A stretch of DNA of 64,000 nucleotides from Octopus sinensis (taxonomy: Eukaryota): contig NC_043003.1 in NCBI RefSeq assembly GCF_006345805.1, positions 46,686,001 to 46,750,000 on the forward strand. The letters run 5' to 3'. Positions 13,736 to 25,910 of the stretch are shown here, piece after piece. The position numbers and the translations under genes were made by a program. The first letter of the stretch is position 1; each line of letters begins with the position of its first letter. The notes beneath the pieces are model-generated. The model ran no database searches. It saw only the letters and a list, made by a program, of their open reading frames with translations, and was not told the origin of the DNA.

Positions 13736-14574
13736 TTAGCTCCAGGTCAGATCTGATAAACACACCCATAGTTAAAGATATTTCCGACATAACAGACCCG
13801 GACTTTTCTAATTATGTGCAGGGAACTCAAGGGCACATTATCCAACGTCCTTTTTCTTAAAAAGCGGGATAAAATTAGAAAGAGATTTAGTCACTATTTC
13901 TAGCAAATCGAGTGACCATGTAAACACTCTGTAATAGCAGAGACAGAGAATTAATGTGATATAGTGAGCTAATTAAGCATGAAGTTGCTCAACAATACAC
14001 ACTAACTTCTGATCGGCAAATGTGATGTTTCTCCTCTCTTCATCTTTTTGTACCGTTGCTGCTATGGTTTCTGCTTCTTGGGGCTGGCTGGTCTAGTACC
14101 ACTTCTAGGCGCTTTCATTTGTCTCTCTTCCTCCTATCATCCATATCGTATCCATCCCCACCTCAAATTCTGCGCTGAGTTTTTCCTTGCCAGCATTTCG
14201 ACTCCCTAGAATTTCTCCCCGAATAAATCTTTTCTGCAGATGTTGACGTGCAACCGTGTTAGAATAATGTTAATGGCATCAACCTCGCCGCTCTTAGAGG
14301 AGCTGCTAAACAATGGGTACAGTCCCTTCATCCTGACCGAACAGAAAATAATGAGTTCTTTAATCCTTGACCAGCTCTGATCGAGTAAAACAATTGCAAA
14401 AAGCATTCTAGCGATGGATCTTCCGTGCTTTCATCTCCAAATAGATACACATCTAATAAGTCCGCCATTTTCAAAGACATTAGTGTGTGATTTTTAAGAA
14501 TAGTTGGCTACTATTTCTAGCATTGTACAGTGACCACCTAGAGGCTTCGAGCCAACAAGAAAGCCTATAGGTTG

Positions 14575-14757
14575 TTGCTGGACCTGCTCAAAAATCGTTG
14601 CTGAATTTCCCTCAAATTCCACTTCTCTGCCTTAGGGAAAAGAAATATAAAATAAGATGTGGTCCTGGAAATAAAACGGGATGGTCAAGGTAGAAATATC
14701 TTTAGAATATAGGTCTGCATGATCAGGGCTGACCTACGGTTAAACAAAACAACGATA
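14575..14757 (+). repeat. Unclassified interspersed repeat (also about 39060-39255 plus, 48825-48965 minus, 13800-13925 minus)
   Basis: Shared GGTC...GATCAGGG(C/T)TGACC...AAACAAC segment. Confidence 0.55.
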
Positions 14758-14871
14758 TAAGTGCTTTCTCGTTGGTTTATAAATATAAAGATTTTACTGA
14801 ATGAAATGATGGTGGGGTTGGCTAGAATGAGAGAGGAAGTGCAGAATGACACAGTGGTAAGTTTCTGGGAT

Positions 14872-14872
<1 letters not shown>

Positions 14873-14904
<32 letters not shown>

Positions 14905-14905
14905 A

Positions 14906-14978
<73 letters not shown>

Positions 14979-15025
14979 GGTGGTGGTGGTGGTGGTGGTG
15001 GTGGTGGTGGTAGTAGTAGTAGTAA
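14873..15025. repeat. (GTA)n(GTG)n trinucleotide repeat
   Basis: Direct reading. Confidence 0.97.
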
Positions 15026-15586
15026 CTGCGTTATTATGGTAGTTTTACCGTGGTGGTTATGGGGATCGAAAAGAAGCAGTGAGGGGGTAATACTGCATCT
15101 AAGCGAACGGGGTGAATAAGGATGACACATAGTCCCTGAAGATTCATCTAAGGTATGTCGTGACAACAAAGACAGCTGGATGTGGTCCTATGTTAAGGCG
15201 TGGTGTTTGTAGGTGTTTACGGCTGTCTTATGTCATACAGAATAGTTAAAAGATAATGCTGCCTTTTATTATATTCTTAACATTGATGCATTTTTATTGT
15301 GAATGAAATACGTAGCTTCTCATTCAGGTTCTTATTTTCGGTCCTCTTACGAGAATGCTTCTTCAGTACTTCTGTTCACCTTAATTGCGTACCCCTCAGT
15401 TTCATGCTAACATTCATCACTCAACTGGTCCTCCGTCGATTACGACAATGAGGATTCCACTTGATCTGATCAACAGAACAGCCTGTTCGTGAAATTAACG
15501 TGCATGTGGCTGAGCACTCCACAGACACGCGTTTTCCTTCACATACTTCTCAGGGAGATTCAGTGTGACAAAGAGTGGGAGAAAGG

Positions 15587-16325
15587 CGGCGAGCTGGCAG
15601 AAACGTTAGCACGCCAGCCGAAATGCTTAGCAGTATTTATTCTGCCGTTACGTTCTGAGTTCAAATTTCGCTGAAGTTGTCTTTGCCTTTCATCCTTTCA
15701 GGGTCGATTAAATAAGTACCAGTTACGCACTGGTGTCGATATAATCGACTTAACACGATTGTTTGTCCTTGTTTGTCCCCTCTGTGTTTAGCCCCTTGTG
15801 GGTAGTAAAGAAATAAGTATTTTGTCTGCCACTACGTTCTGAGTTCAAATTCCGCTGAGGTCGACTTTGCCTTTCGGGGGTCGATTAAATAAGTACCAGT
15901 TACGCACTGGAGTCGATATAATCGACTTAATCCGTTTGTTTGTCCTCTCTGTGTTAAGCCCCTTGTGGGTAGTAAAGAAATAAGTATTTTGTTTGCCACT
16001 ACGTTCTGAGTTCAAATTCCGCCGAGGTCGACTTTGCCTTTCGGGGTCGATTAAATAAGTACCAGTTGCGCACTGGGGTCGATATAATCGACTTAATCCG
16101 TTTGTTTGTCCTGTCTGTGTTAAGCCCCTTGTGGGTAGTAAAGAAATAGGTATTTCATCTGCCGCTACGTTCTGAGTTCAAATTTCGCCGAGGTCGACTT
16201 TGCCTTTCATCCTTTCGGGATCGATAAATTAAGTAGCAGTTACGGACTGGTGTCGATGTTATCGACTTAATTCCTTTGCCTGTCCTTGTTTGTTCCCTCT
16301 AGCCCCTTGTGGGCAATAAAGAAAT
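15587..16325 (+). mobile_element. SINE family B tandem array (one head plus 4 body units), 17-bp TSD, inserted in a family C-related SINE
   Basis: Head GGCGAGCTGGCAGAA. GAGTTCAAATT units recur at periods of 184, 167 and 166 bp. TSD AAAGAGTGGGAGAAAGG at 15570-15586 and 16326-16342. Confidence 0.9.
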
Positions 16326-16537
16326 AAAGAGTGGGAGAAAGGTGGTCCCTTGAAATACAAGTAGTATTCATTTTTGGTAGCTGAGTGGACTGGAATAAAG
16401 TGTCTTGCTCAAGGACACAGCGAGTCGACGTAAATCGAACTCACGACTTTACGAGCGTGAGTCGAATATCCTTAACATTAAGCCACGCGCTTTCGCTTAC
16501 CTCCCACTCAACTATGACTTGAGAGAATATATATACA

Positions 16538-16583
<46 letters not shown>

Positions 16584-17654
16584 AATAAAATGTTAATTGA
16601 ATTTTACAGTACTCAAAATTTCGTAGGCGCAGATGAGAGCCTATGTCATCAGATGTACGTGGTGTGGGGAAAAGGGGGACAAAGCAAGAGAATTTAATGA
16701 TTGTTTCTACGTGAAAAAATATTTGAAGGGCTTCTATTGATCAGTAAAAAATATTGGGAGGATTTTCTATTGATCAACGGAGAACATCAAATAGTCTCAG
16801 AAGCTACTTTATAAATTCTCCTTACTTTCATCTTGAACAATTAACAAGAAGTCTTCACAGATAGAAGATCTCTCGCCTTCGCGTAAAATCTCTCCCACGC
16901 AATTGTTTAAAACCGGGAATTCAGTAAAATCTATTATAAATAGCTGAATCCTATAAAATCAAAACAGTAATTAAATAAAATAGATTTAATAATCAATTTT
17001 TCATTGGATGACTGGAAAGTGGTTATTTGTATGGCATCATAACCTTCATCATAACCATCACTAGTATCAGCATAACCACTAGGATTTCACTGTCACTATT
17101 TATCATCCATTACCATCATAACTACCATCATCAGCACCATCACTACCACTATTCCCACCACCACCACCACCACTATCATCGTCACAACCACTATCCTCAA
17201 CTCATTGATACCGTTCCCCCACAACCACACTCTTACCACCCGCCACATCCATGATAAAACCGTTCATTAGCTAACTACCCCCACCCCACCCCACCACCAC
17301 ACACATTATAATGCCTCTCACCACCAACGCCACAGACGCCGACGCTGACACTACGACAACCAACTCACCATAAACGAACTCCACATTGCCTCTGGCACTC
17401 AAATGACCATGAACACTTCCATCGTAACACTACATTTTCCTCAATACCGATACTACCATCAAACTCATCCCCACCGTTACATTTCTTCTCTGCCGCTACA
17501 ACTACCACCGACACCTCCATCACAACACTGCACCAGCTGTATCATTACTAACACCAACACAACTTTTTTGATCATCATTACTATAACCAGCGATCCTTTC
17601 ACCATCATAAATCTCTTGACCACAGTCAATAAACACCAATGCCGCCATCATACC

Positions 17655-17889
17655 TATTTCTTTATTACTCACAAGGGGCTAAACACAGAGGGGACAAACA
17701 AGGACAGACATAGGTATTAAATCGATTACATCGACCCCAGTGCGTGCGTAACTGGTACTTAATTAATCGACCCCGAAAGGATGGAAGGTAAAGTCGACCT
17801 CGGCGGAATTTGAACTCACAACGTAACGGCAGACGAAATACCGCTAAGCATTTCGCCCGACGTGCTAACGTTTCTGCCAGCTCTCCGCC
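17655..17889 (-). mobile_element. SINE family B, single full-length copy with TSD
   Basis: CCGCCATCATACC at 17642-17654 and 17885-17897. Confidence 0.88.
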
Positions 17890-17904
17890 ATCATACCATC
17901 ATAC

Positions 17905-18215
17905 CAGCATGAACACGACTGGCTCTCCTGGCAATTTGCCAGTTACGACGAGTGTTCCAGTTGATCCAATCAACGGAACAACACGCTCATGAATTTATCG
18001 TGGAAGTGGCTGAGTACTCAACCGTCATGCGTACCATTAGCGTAGTTCTCAGAGAGATTCAACATGACGCTGAGTGTGACAAGGCTGGCACTTTGAATTA
18101 CTAGTACTACTCATTTTTGCTAGCTGAGTGGACTGGAGCAATGTGAAATAAGGCCAGGAATCGAACGCACGACCTTACAATCGAGAGTCGAGCACCCTAA
18201 CTATTATACCACACG
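17905..18215 (-). mobile_element. Older family C-related SINE (related copy split by the array at 15425-15570 and 16343-16495)
   Basis: Shares the 3' GATCAACGGAACA...GTGGCTGAG...GTGACAAGG body. Confidence 0.7.
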
Positions 18216-18364
18216 CCGTCAAACACAGCTACCAAAAACAGCAACAACGCAAACCCCCACCAACACCAGTAGACAGCTAGTAGAACGCAATTATCAGGAA
18301 AGTTTTATAAACTGACATCTTCAAGGGTTCCAACCGTTGTCCAGTTAGGCACATACTCATATAT

Positions 18365-18395
<31 letters not shown>

Positions 18396-18791
18396 TACAT
18401 ACAGTCATACATACATACATACATACATACATACATACATACATACATACAGACATACATACATACACACACATACATACATACAGTCATACATACATAC
18501 ATACACACACATACATACATACATACATACTTACATACATACATACACACACACACATACGCACAAAGATGATAGTGTTCAGCCCACTGACAGATTTTTT
18601 TAACAGGTTTTACTTTTCATAACAATAAACCAGATTGGGGTCATTGTTTTAAATATATATATATAATAAAATATATATAGTATGTAGGTATGTATGTATG
18701 TATGTATGTATGTATGTATGTATGTATGTATGTATGTATGTATGTATGTTGTATGTATGTATGCATGCATGTATGTATGCAGGTATGCATG

Positions 18792-18826
<35 letters not shown>

Positions 18827-18846
18827 GTCTATATATGTATTTCCAT

Positions 18847-18960
18847 TCCAGGTTCAGTCCCTCTGCGTGGCACCTCCGGCAAGTGTTTTGAACTATAATT
18901 CCAGGCATACCAAAGCCTGGTGAGTAGGTTGGATAAATGGAAACTGAAGGAAGCACGCCG

Positions 18961-19034
<74 letters not shown>

Positions 19035-19039
19035 TGTGT

Positions 19040-19070
<31 letters not shown>

Positions 19071-19320
19071 TGTGTGTGCTGTGTGTGTGTGTGTGTGCTG
19101 TGTGTGTGTTGTGTGCGTTGTGGTGTGTGTGGGTGTCTTTATGTCTGTGTTTGTCCCCTCACCCTCGTTTGACAACCGATGTCGTTGTGTTTACATGCAT
19201 GTAACCAAGCGTTTCGTCAAAAATAACTGATACAGTAAGTACTAGGCTTACAAACAATAAGTCCTGGATTCGATTTCTTCGACTAAGAACCCCTTTAAGG
19301 TGATGCTTCAACAAGAAAAG
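18847..19320 (+). mobile_element. SINE family A, 5'-truncated, with expanded internal microsatellite
   Basis: B-box segment through body homology. Confidence 0.75.
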
Positions 19321-19405
19321 AATATATAGACATACACACATACACACACATACTATATATATATATATATATTTATCAAAAGAAAAACAGGATGCAAAGG
19401 ATTTA

Positions 19406-19493
19406 GCGGTACATATGTTTCTGGCCTTTATTATACAGTTTATATCAATGCATAATTGATGTAATATGTATGTCAACAGCCTTCATCAGCCGC
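19406..19493 (-). ncRNA. Type I hammerhead ribozyme motif with intact core
   Basis: Helix I GCGG/CCGC; CUGAUGA (19489-19483); helix II GGCU/GGCC with a 51-nt loop containing an AUCAAU/AUUGAU hairpin; GAAA (19421-19418); palindromic helix III ACAUAUGU; GUA cleavage triplet (19412-19410). Confidence 0.72.
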
Positions 19494-19738
19494 GCACAAT
19501 TACCACACATAAGACATGTATTACATTATAAATTTGGGAAAAAGGCGATTTTCGTTGGGGATGCAAATTCTCATATTCGTATACAGCAGAGCGAGACACC
19601 GAAGCAAAAGCAAAGTGCCCATACCGTTTTTCACTCGATATCGAGTGAAAAACGGTATGGACGCTTTGCATCCCCAACGAAAATCGCCTTTTTCCCAAAT
19701 TTATAATGTAATACATGTCCTTGGTGTGGTAATTGTGC

Positions 19739-19826
19739 GCGGCTGATGAAGGCTGTTGACATACATATTACATCAATTATGCATTAATATAAACTGTCTA
19801 ATAAAGGCCAGAGACATATGTACCGC
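19739..19826 (+). ncRNA. Mirror hammerhead copy with core mutation GAAA to GAGA (predicted inactive)
   Basis: Same architecture as 19406-19493: CTGATGA at 19743-19749, GAGA at 19811-19814, GTA at 19820-19822. Confidence 0.6.
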
Positions 19827-20665
19827 TAAATCCTTTGCATCCTGTTTTTCTTTTGATAAATATACTCTATCACCTACACCACTAACTGGCATATACAGGT
19901 GCTAACAGTTATCAAGTATTCACCCTGAATTTTATATATATATATATAGGATACAAAAATGGATTTATTGACCCCTGACACCACACTACACGAAGTGAGT
20001 GCAACTCTGAGCTACCGACGATGGTATGAAGCCAAAAAGCAAACACTCCAAGTAATGCTCAGAAGAAAGGGAAAGTTCAACCTGGAATTTATGCTTTGTA
20101 TCATCAGAACAATAAAATATACGATAATTCGTTTTAAGAAATGGAAAATATATAATTAGAAACGTATTACTGATATTTCCTTAATTATTCATCGTTCAAA
20201 AAAGCTCCTTCATTGAGTACAAATATGCACGTATGCATACACATATGCATGCTATGTGTGCAAGAGTGTGTTGGTAGTGTGCATATAGTGTGTGTGTTTT
20301 GCAACTTTGGCAAAGGTCTATCCTGATTGAACAGAGCATGTTGATAGAAAAGGTAGACTCTTCCATCGGTCTCTTATTCGGGCATAGTGCATCTTGGACG
20401 GCAGTTTTCCATTGTAGCCATTTGCAAAACTTATTGTGCATAAAATGTACGGTTAATTTGTTTTTGTTTGAAGAAATGGAAAATACATTATATGAAATGT
20501 ATGATTGACATTTCTTTAATAATTCATCTCTCAAAATCTGCTACATTGTGAAGAAATACGCACACATGCATACAGACATGCATGCGATGTGTGTAAGAGC
20601 GTATGTGCAGTATGCAAACAGCGCATGTGGGTGTGTATATACACACACACACACACAACACACAT

Positions 20666-20765
20666 NNNNNNNNNNNNNNNNNNNNNNNNNNNNNNNNNNN
20701 NNNNNNNNNNNNNNNNNNNNNNNNNNNNNNNNNNNNNNNNNNNNNNNNNNNNNNNNNNNNNNNNN
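20666..20765. other. Assembly gap (100 N)
   Basis: Run of exactly 100 N. Confidence 1.
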
Positions 20766-20856
20766 GTGTTTCACAGGTACTTAATTTATCGGACCCCGAA
20801 AGGAGAACATCATAGTAGACCTCGGCGGAATTAGACTCAGACGTAAGGACGGATGA

Positions 20857-20858
<2 letters not shown>

Positions 20859-20948
<90 letters not shown>

Positions 20949-20950
20949 TA
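20859..20950. repeat. (TAA)n microsatellite
   Basis: Direct reading. Confidence 0.97.
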
Positions 20951-21554
20951 AGGGGCTGATTGCTACCTATCCTAGATACCAGGAAATTCAAAAATGGAAG
21001 AAATTAAAAAAATAGTGCTCATGAGAACCGTTCGTATCCTACGAAAAATATTGTCTATGTAATCCACATTACATTTTAATCTGTAACCATTGTCAAAAGT
21101 ACTCTTAAATGCACATAATAACAAACATCTTTTCTTGTCATTTTAAGATCACACTATCATCTTATCAAATTACTTTTAAGACTTTCTAGAACAATACCCG
21201 ATGCAAAACCAAAAATATGGAACCCTAGTCATAATACCAACTTGAACATCTATCTTGTTGTCTCTTAAGGTTTCTGAGTGTGACTTGTAGTCAAATTGTA
21301 CAAACACAAAAGCAAAAGCCAAACGCAGATATTTCGAATTTTTGCCACAAGGGCATCTTGGGGGAAGTGGGGGATAGTCGATTACATCGACCTCAGTATT
21401 CAACTGGTATTTATTTATCGACCCCGAGAGGATGAAAGGGAAAGTCGACCTCGGCGGAATTTGGACAAAGAACGTAGCGACGGGCGAAATACCGCTAAGT
21501 ATTTCGTCCAGCGCGCTAACGATTCTGCCAGATCGCCGCCTTTAAAAGCCAGAC

Positions 21555-21556
<2 letters not shown>

Positions 21557-21620
<64 letters not shown>

Positions 21621-21667
21621 TAATAATAATAATAATAATAGTAGTAATAATAATAATAATAATAATA

Positions 21668-21715
<48 letters not shown>

Positions 21716-21815
21716 ATGATGATGATGATGATGATGATGATGATGCGATGATGATGACGACGACGACGACGATGATGATGATGATGATGATGATGGTGAC
21801 GATGATGATGATAAA
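21557..21815. repeat. (TAA)n-(TGA)n-(GAC)n compound repeat
   Basis: Direct reading. Confidence 0.97.
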
Positions 21816-22222
21816 TACATTTACCCAGTACTTGAGTGGTACTTTATTTTAAAGTCCTCCACAACTGATAGGAAGAATGGAGGGCATTATTCTTAAACTG
21901 CAAGCCCGACATGAACGAGTGCAGCTGAGTGAACTCAACTAGGACCCGGTGGTTGTGTCAGTCGGACGACGAATTAAGTGTACCAACCAATGATACCTTC
22001 CGCTTTTCAAATTTCACTTCCAAAACTCTGACCGTCCTAGGATTGTAGTAGATAAACGTGTCTAATGTGCAGTGCTGCAGTGCAGTATGATCAATGTCCT
22101 GTTCTTAACCAATCATCCATTCTTTCGGTAGTATCAGGGTACGGTATATGATAATGTAATTTGAAAGTATGCAAAAATATTATATTATTGCTAACTTTGA
22201 CAGTATTTTTTTCCATCTCCAG

Positions 22223-22293
22223 ATGAACAGAAATCATAGGTTCTTGATGAGATCAAAACAGATGTTTTACGCGAGGATGAAAATGGTTTATCA
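22223..22293 (+). other. Candidate exon (acceptor TTTTTTTCCATCTCCAG, donor TCA/GTAAGT); coding frame uncertain
   Basis: Strong splice-site matches in non-repeat sequence. Confidence 0.3.
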
Positions 22294-22404
22294 GTAAGTA
22301 ATTAGCAAATATCTTCAGTGCTTGGGACCACAAAATGAAAACATTGTTTTGTGGGAGACAGACGTTGTTTCGACTTTAGTTTGGTTTGAGGGGAAGGATA
22401 CAAT

Positions 22405-22623
22405 CTTTTACTCTGTTACTCTTTTACTTGTTTTAGTCATTTGACTGCGGCCATGCTGGAGCACCGCCTTTAGTCGAGCAAATCGACCCCAGGACTTATT
22501 CTTTGTAAGCCTAGTACTTATTCTATCAGTCTATTTTGCCGAACCGCTAAGACGGGGACATAAACACACCAGCATCGGATGTCAAGCGCACAAACATATA
22601 CATTATATAATATATATATATTA

Positions 22624-22664
<41 letters not shown>

Positions 22665-22832
22665 CATATATACATATATATGATGGGCTTCTTTCAGTTT
22701 CCGTCTACCAATCACTCACAAGGCTTGGTCAGCCCGAGGCTATAGTAGAAGACACTTGCCCAAGATGCCACGCAGTGGGACTGAACCCGGAACCATGTGG
22801 TTCATAAGATAGCTACTTACCACACAGCCACT
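22405..22832 (-). mobile_element. SINE family A
   Basis: Full homology with several 1-2 bp deletions. Confidence 0.85.
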
Positions 22833-24020
22833 GCTGTACACAATTAATGAAGCGTCTGCAAATCTAATATTCAAATACACCTTTAGTTTGTAACCTTCCA
22901 GTGATTGGGTGTTCCTCAAAGCATCAGGATCAATGTATGAATGAGTTTTGGTTTCTTGGAGAAGAAAAGCAAGTTTATGATTCATATACTACGGATGGCC
23001 ACAGTATTTGGAATACTTTCAATCTTCAAATCTTGAAAATAAAGAGTGAATGGTAATACAAAGAATGAAATAAATAAAAAAAAAACTTGATTATTTTAAA
23101 ACTAATTTTCTTTACAAACTCACCACGGTTGATAAACGTCAATCACGAATATCATTTAAACATGCTTGTATACATACATACATACATACATACATACATA
23201 CATACATACATACATACATACATACATACATACATGTATATATATGTGCTCGTGTTTGTATGCGTTGGTGTGTTGACGAAAGACGATAGACAGAGATTTC
23301 AATTTCCAATAACTGTGTATACATATCATATCATATATACATGCATATATGTATGTATGCATGTAGTGGTGGATGGGTGTTTGTGCGTGTGTGTGTGTGT
23401 GTGTATGTGTGCGTGTACGTACGTATGTATGTATGTGTAATGATGGTACCACGAGGATACGAAAGACAAGATAAACTTTATTATTACATTAACGCTCAGA
23501 GAAAATAGAAATGGTTGGCCGTTTCGGGCGTAATATTTTCCTTCGAAAACAATAAAGTTGAAAAAAAGACAGAATAATGAAGAAAATGGAAAGAGAAACA
23601 AAAGCATAGTTGAAGCACATTTATACCAATTTTCAAAATACTTAATCACTACAGCTCCATTTTGTAAAATGATCCTCAAGTGATATGATTATACATACAT
23701 ACATATATTAAGAAATTAGGTTTCTCAAAACCAGAAGGGAGAAAGCTGATTCGAAGACTGCAGATCTAAGCCATCGATGGAACTGTAAAAGTCTATAAAA
23801 CTTTCTAGAAGTTTATCATTTAAGTATATATGGGCATTTCTAGATATACAACTATATACGTGAGAAGCATAAAACAAAACATAAAAATTGATGTGGAAAT
23901 TCCAATCAAGGAGCCTTGGATCTAGGTTAGAAACCGGCTCTTTCTCTATTGGCAAAAAATCTTGAAATAAAGCTGAATAATCACATGCATGCATACGTAC
24001 GTACACACACACACACACCA

Positions 24021-24054
<34 letters not shown>

Positions 24055-24746
24055 CATACATACATACATACATACATGCATACATGCATGCATACATACA
24101 TGCATACATACATACATACATACATACATACATACATACATACATACATACATACATACATGGACATCAAAGAAAGACATCATACGCTAAAACCATCTGC
24201 CATCACAAGAGACGTCTTGGAAAAAAATAGCAAAGATCCACAAGGTAACTTATACACCCAGGAGAACAAGATGTCTCTGGATTCCTCACTTGAGAAACTG
24301 AAGTGACTCAACACGAGTATTTTGTCTCTTCTTTCCAATCATTTTCTGTTCCTCTCGTTCTTGTTTCTCATCCGAAAGTCGAAATATTGAAAATATGCCA
24401 TCTGTTTATTTTATTTAAAGCAAATGCAACAAGAAAAGCTAAATTCACTACGGTATTCGTCCAGGCATAATATAATACTTCTCATGGACGTACTGTGTTA
24501 AATAACATGAACACATCAGTAGCAGACGAAAATCATGGTGAGAACTCTAGACGCGCATTTCTGCCTCTTTGGTCTTTGTCAGTAGCGCGTAATCACTGGT
24601 AATCACTTGCTAAGATAAAATTCGCTGTCACTGACATAGAAAATCAGCGACTGAAAGATCACTGGCGTTGAATTAGCCGGTCGGCTGAATAAAAGTCAGT
24701 TATATGCAATAGAAAGCAGTATTAGATTAAAATACCCTTCAGTGGT

Positions 24747-25085
24747 GAAGATGCATGGCTCAGTAGTTAGAGCGTCGAGCTTACGATCGTGAGATTATGA
24801 GTTCGATTCTTGAACCGGGCTGTGTGTAGTGTTTTTGAGCAAGACACTTTATTTCACGCAGCTCAAGTTCACTTGACTGTCGAAATGAGTTACGACGTTA
24901 CTGGTGCCAGGCTGTATCGGCCATTGTCTTTCCTTTGGATAACATCGGTTGCGTGGAGAGGGGTGTCTGGTATGCATGGGTGACTGTAACAATCTTAACC
25001 GGGCTTGTGCCTAGGAGGGGAACTTTCTAGGTGCAATCTCATTGTCATTCGTGGCAGAAGAAGGTCTTCACTCCTTTTACCCTTC
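24747..25085 (+). mobile_element. SINE family D
   Basis: Head GCATGGCTCAGTRGTTAG...GAGTTCGA, then TTGAGCAAGACAC; homologous to 42336-42636 and 43838-44155. Confidence 0.82.
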
Positions 25086-25910
25086 TGTGAATCAAAAAAT
25101 ATATTACAATTACTTTATTTTTATTTTTGTGTCCCATACCCACAAACATTTATAAATGTATATAAACACGCCCATACACATATGCATACATACACATAAC
25201 TGTGTGTATATGTGTGTGTGTGTAAGTGTGATCATTTTTGAGTTGAGTGTGTAAGCATCATTAGGTGTTTAAATACACTTGTATCGGTATTAAACTATGT
25301 GTGTGTATATATATATGCTTCTACAATTGCCACTGTATGTGTTTGTGTATTCATGTGAGTGTGAGTTTGCACAAACTAGTTTGAATGTAGCTTGCACTCA
25401 TGTTTCTGTATGTATTTGTACATAATTGAGAGTGTGTGTATGTAGTATATACAAACATACATACAAAGATACATATGTACGATTACACACATATAATACA
25501 CACGATATACGTACACACACGGACGCTCACGGAAACAAACGCACGCGTGCACATACATACAAGCTTGCAGATATTCATACATACACTGGCCGTCCGTTAT
25601 TTGAAGAGAGCCTTAGGAGCAAGCAGAGTTTAATCAAGAAGGTTAAAGGAGAAATGGTGGTCGTGGCGGTGAGGCGATGGCGGCGGCGGCGGGGCTGCAG
25701 CGACGATGGCGACGGTGGAGCGGCGGCGGCTGCAGCAGCGGCGGCGGCAATGGAAGCTGTGGTGGCGGGCTGGTCTCGTCTCCATCGTCGTAGTTGGTTA
25801 ACGACATGGAATTTCCCGTTTTGTGGCAAGAGGAAAATTGAATAACAAAGAGACAGAGGGATGACGGTAAGAATGAGGGGGGAAGCGGTAAGAATGAAAG
25901 TGGTGTAAAT

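Larger units (their letters stand above)
19368..19864. repeat. 497-bp spacer-less foldback palindrome (arms of about 225 bp, roughly 95% identical) with a 47-bp insertion in the left arm
   Basis: TATATTTATCAAAAGAAAAACAGGATGC at the left end is the reverse complement of the right end. The centre is a perfect 42-bp palindrome at 19619-19660. ORF-track entries 19486-19716(-) and 19516-19746(+) start with the same peptide. Confidence 0.95.

Noticed and set aside
14263-14370. LRGAAKQWVQSL as an LTR-retrotransposon gag remnant
   Set aside because: Only a weak motif, with no LTR, PBS or pol sequence nearby.
15300-15372. Minus-strand CTGAAGA...CCGAAA as a hammerhead
   Set aside because: A GNRA-capped helix II is possible, but there is no helix III or NUH triplet in register with helix I.
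15587-16325. Tandem arrays as CRISPR
   Set aside because: The units of about 170-185 bp are homologous along their whole length, with no unique spacers, no cas genes and a eukaryotic context.
20560-20860. Junction of a (CA)n tract with a SINE B fragment as a rearrangement
   Set aside because: The two sides are separated by a 100-N gap, so adjacency and distance are not established.
25660-25790. GC-rich stretch as CpG island or poly-Ala coding exon
   Set aside because: A degenerate (GGC/GCA)n simple repeat like those at about 10620 and 11600, with no splice or promoter support.
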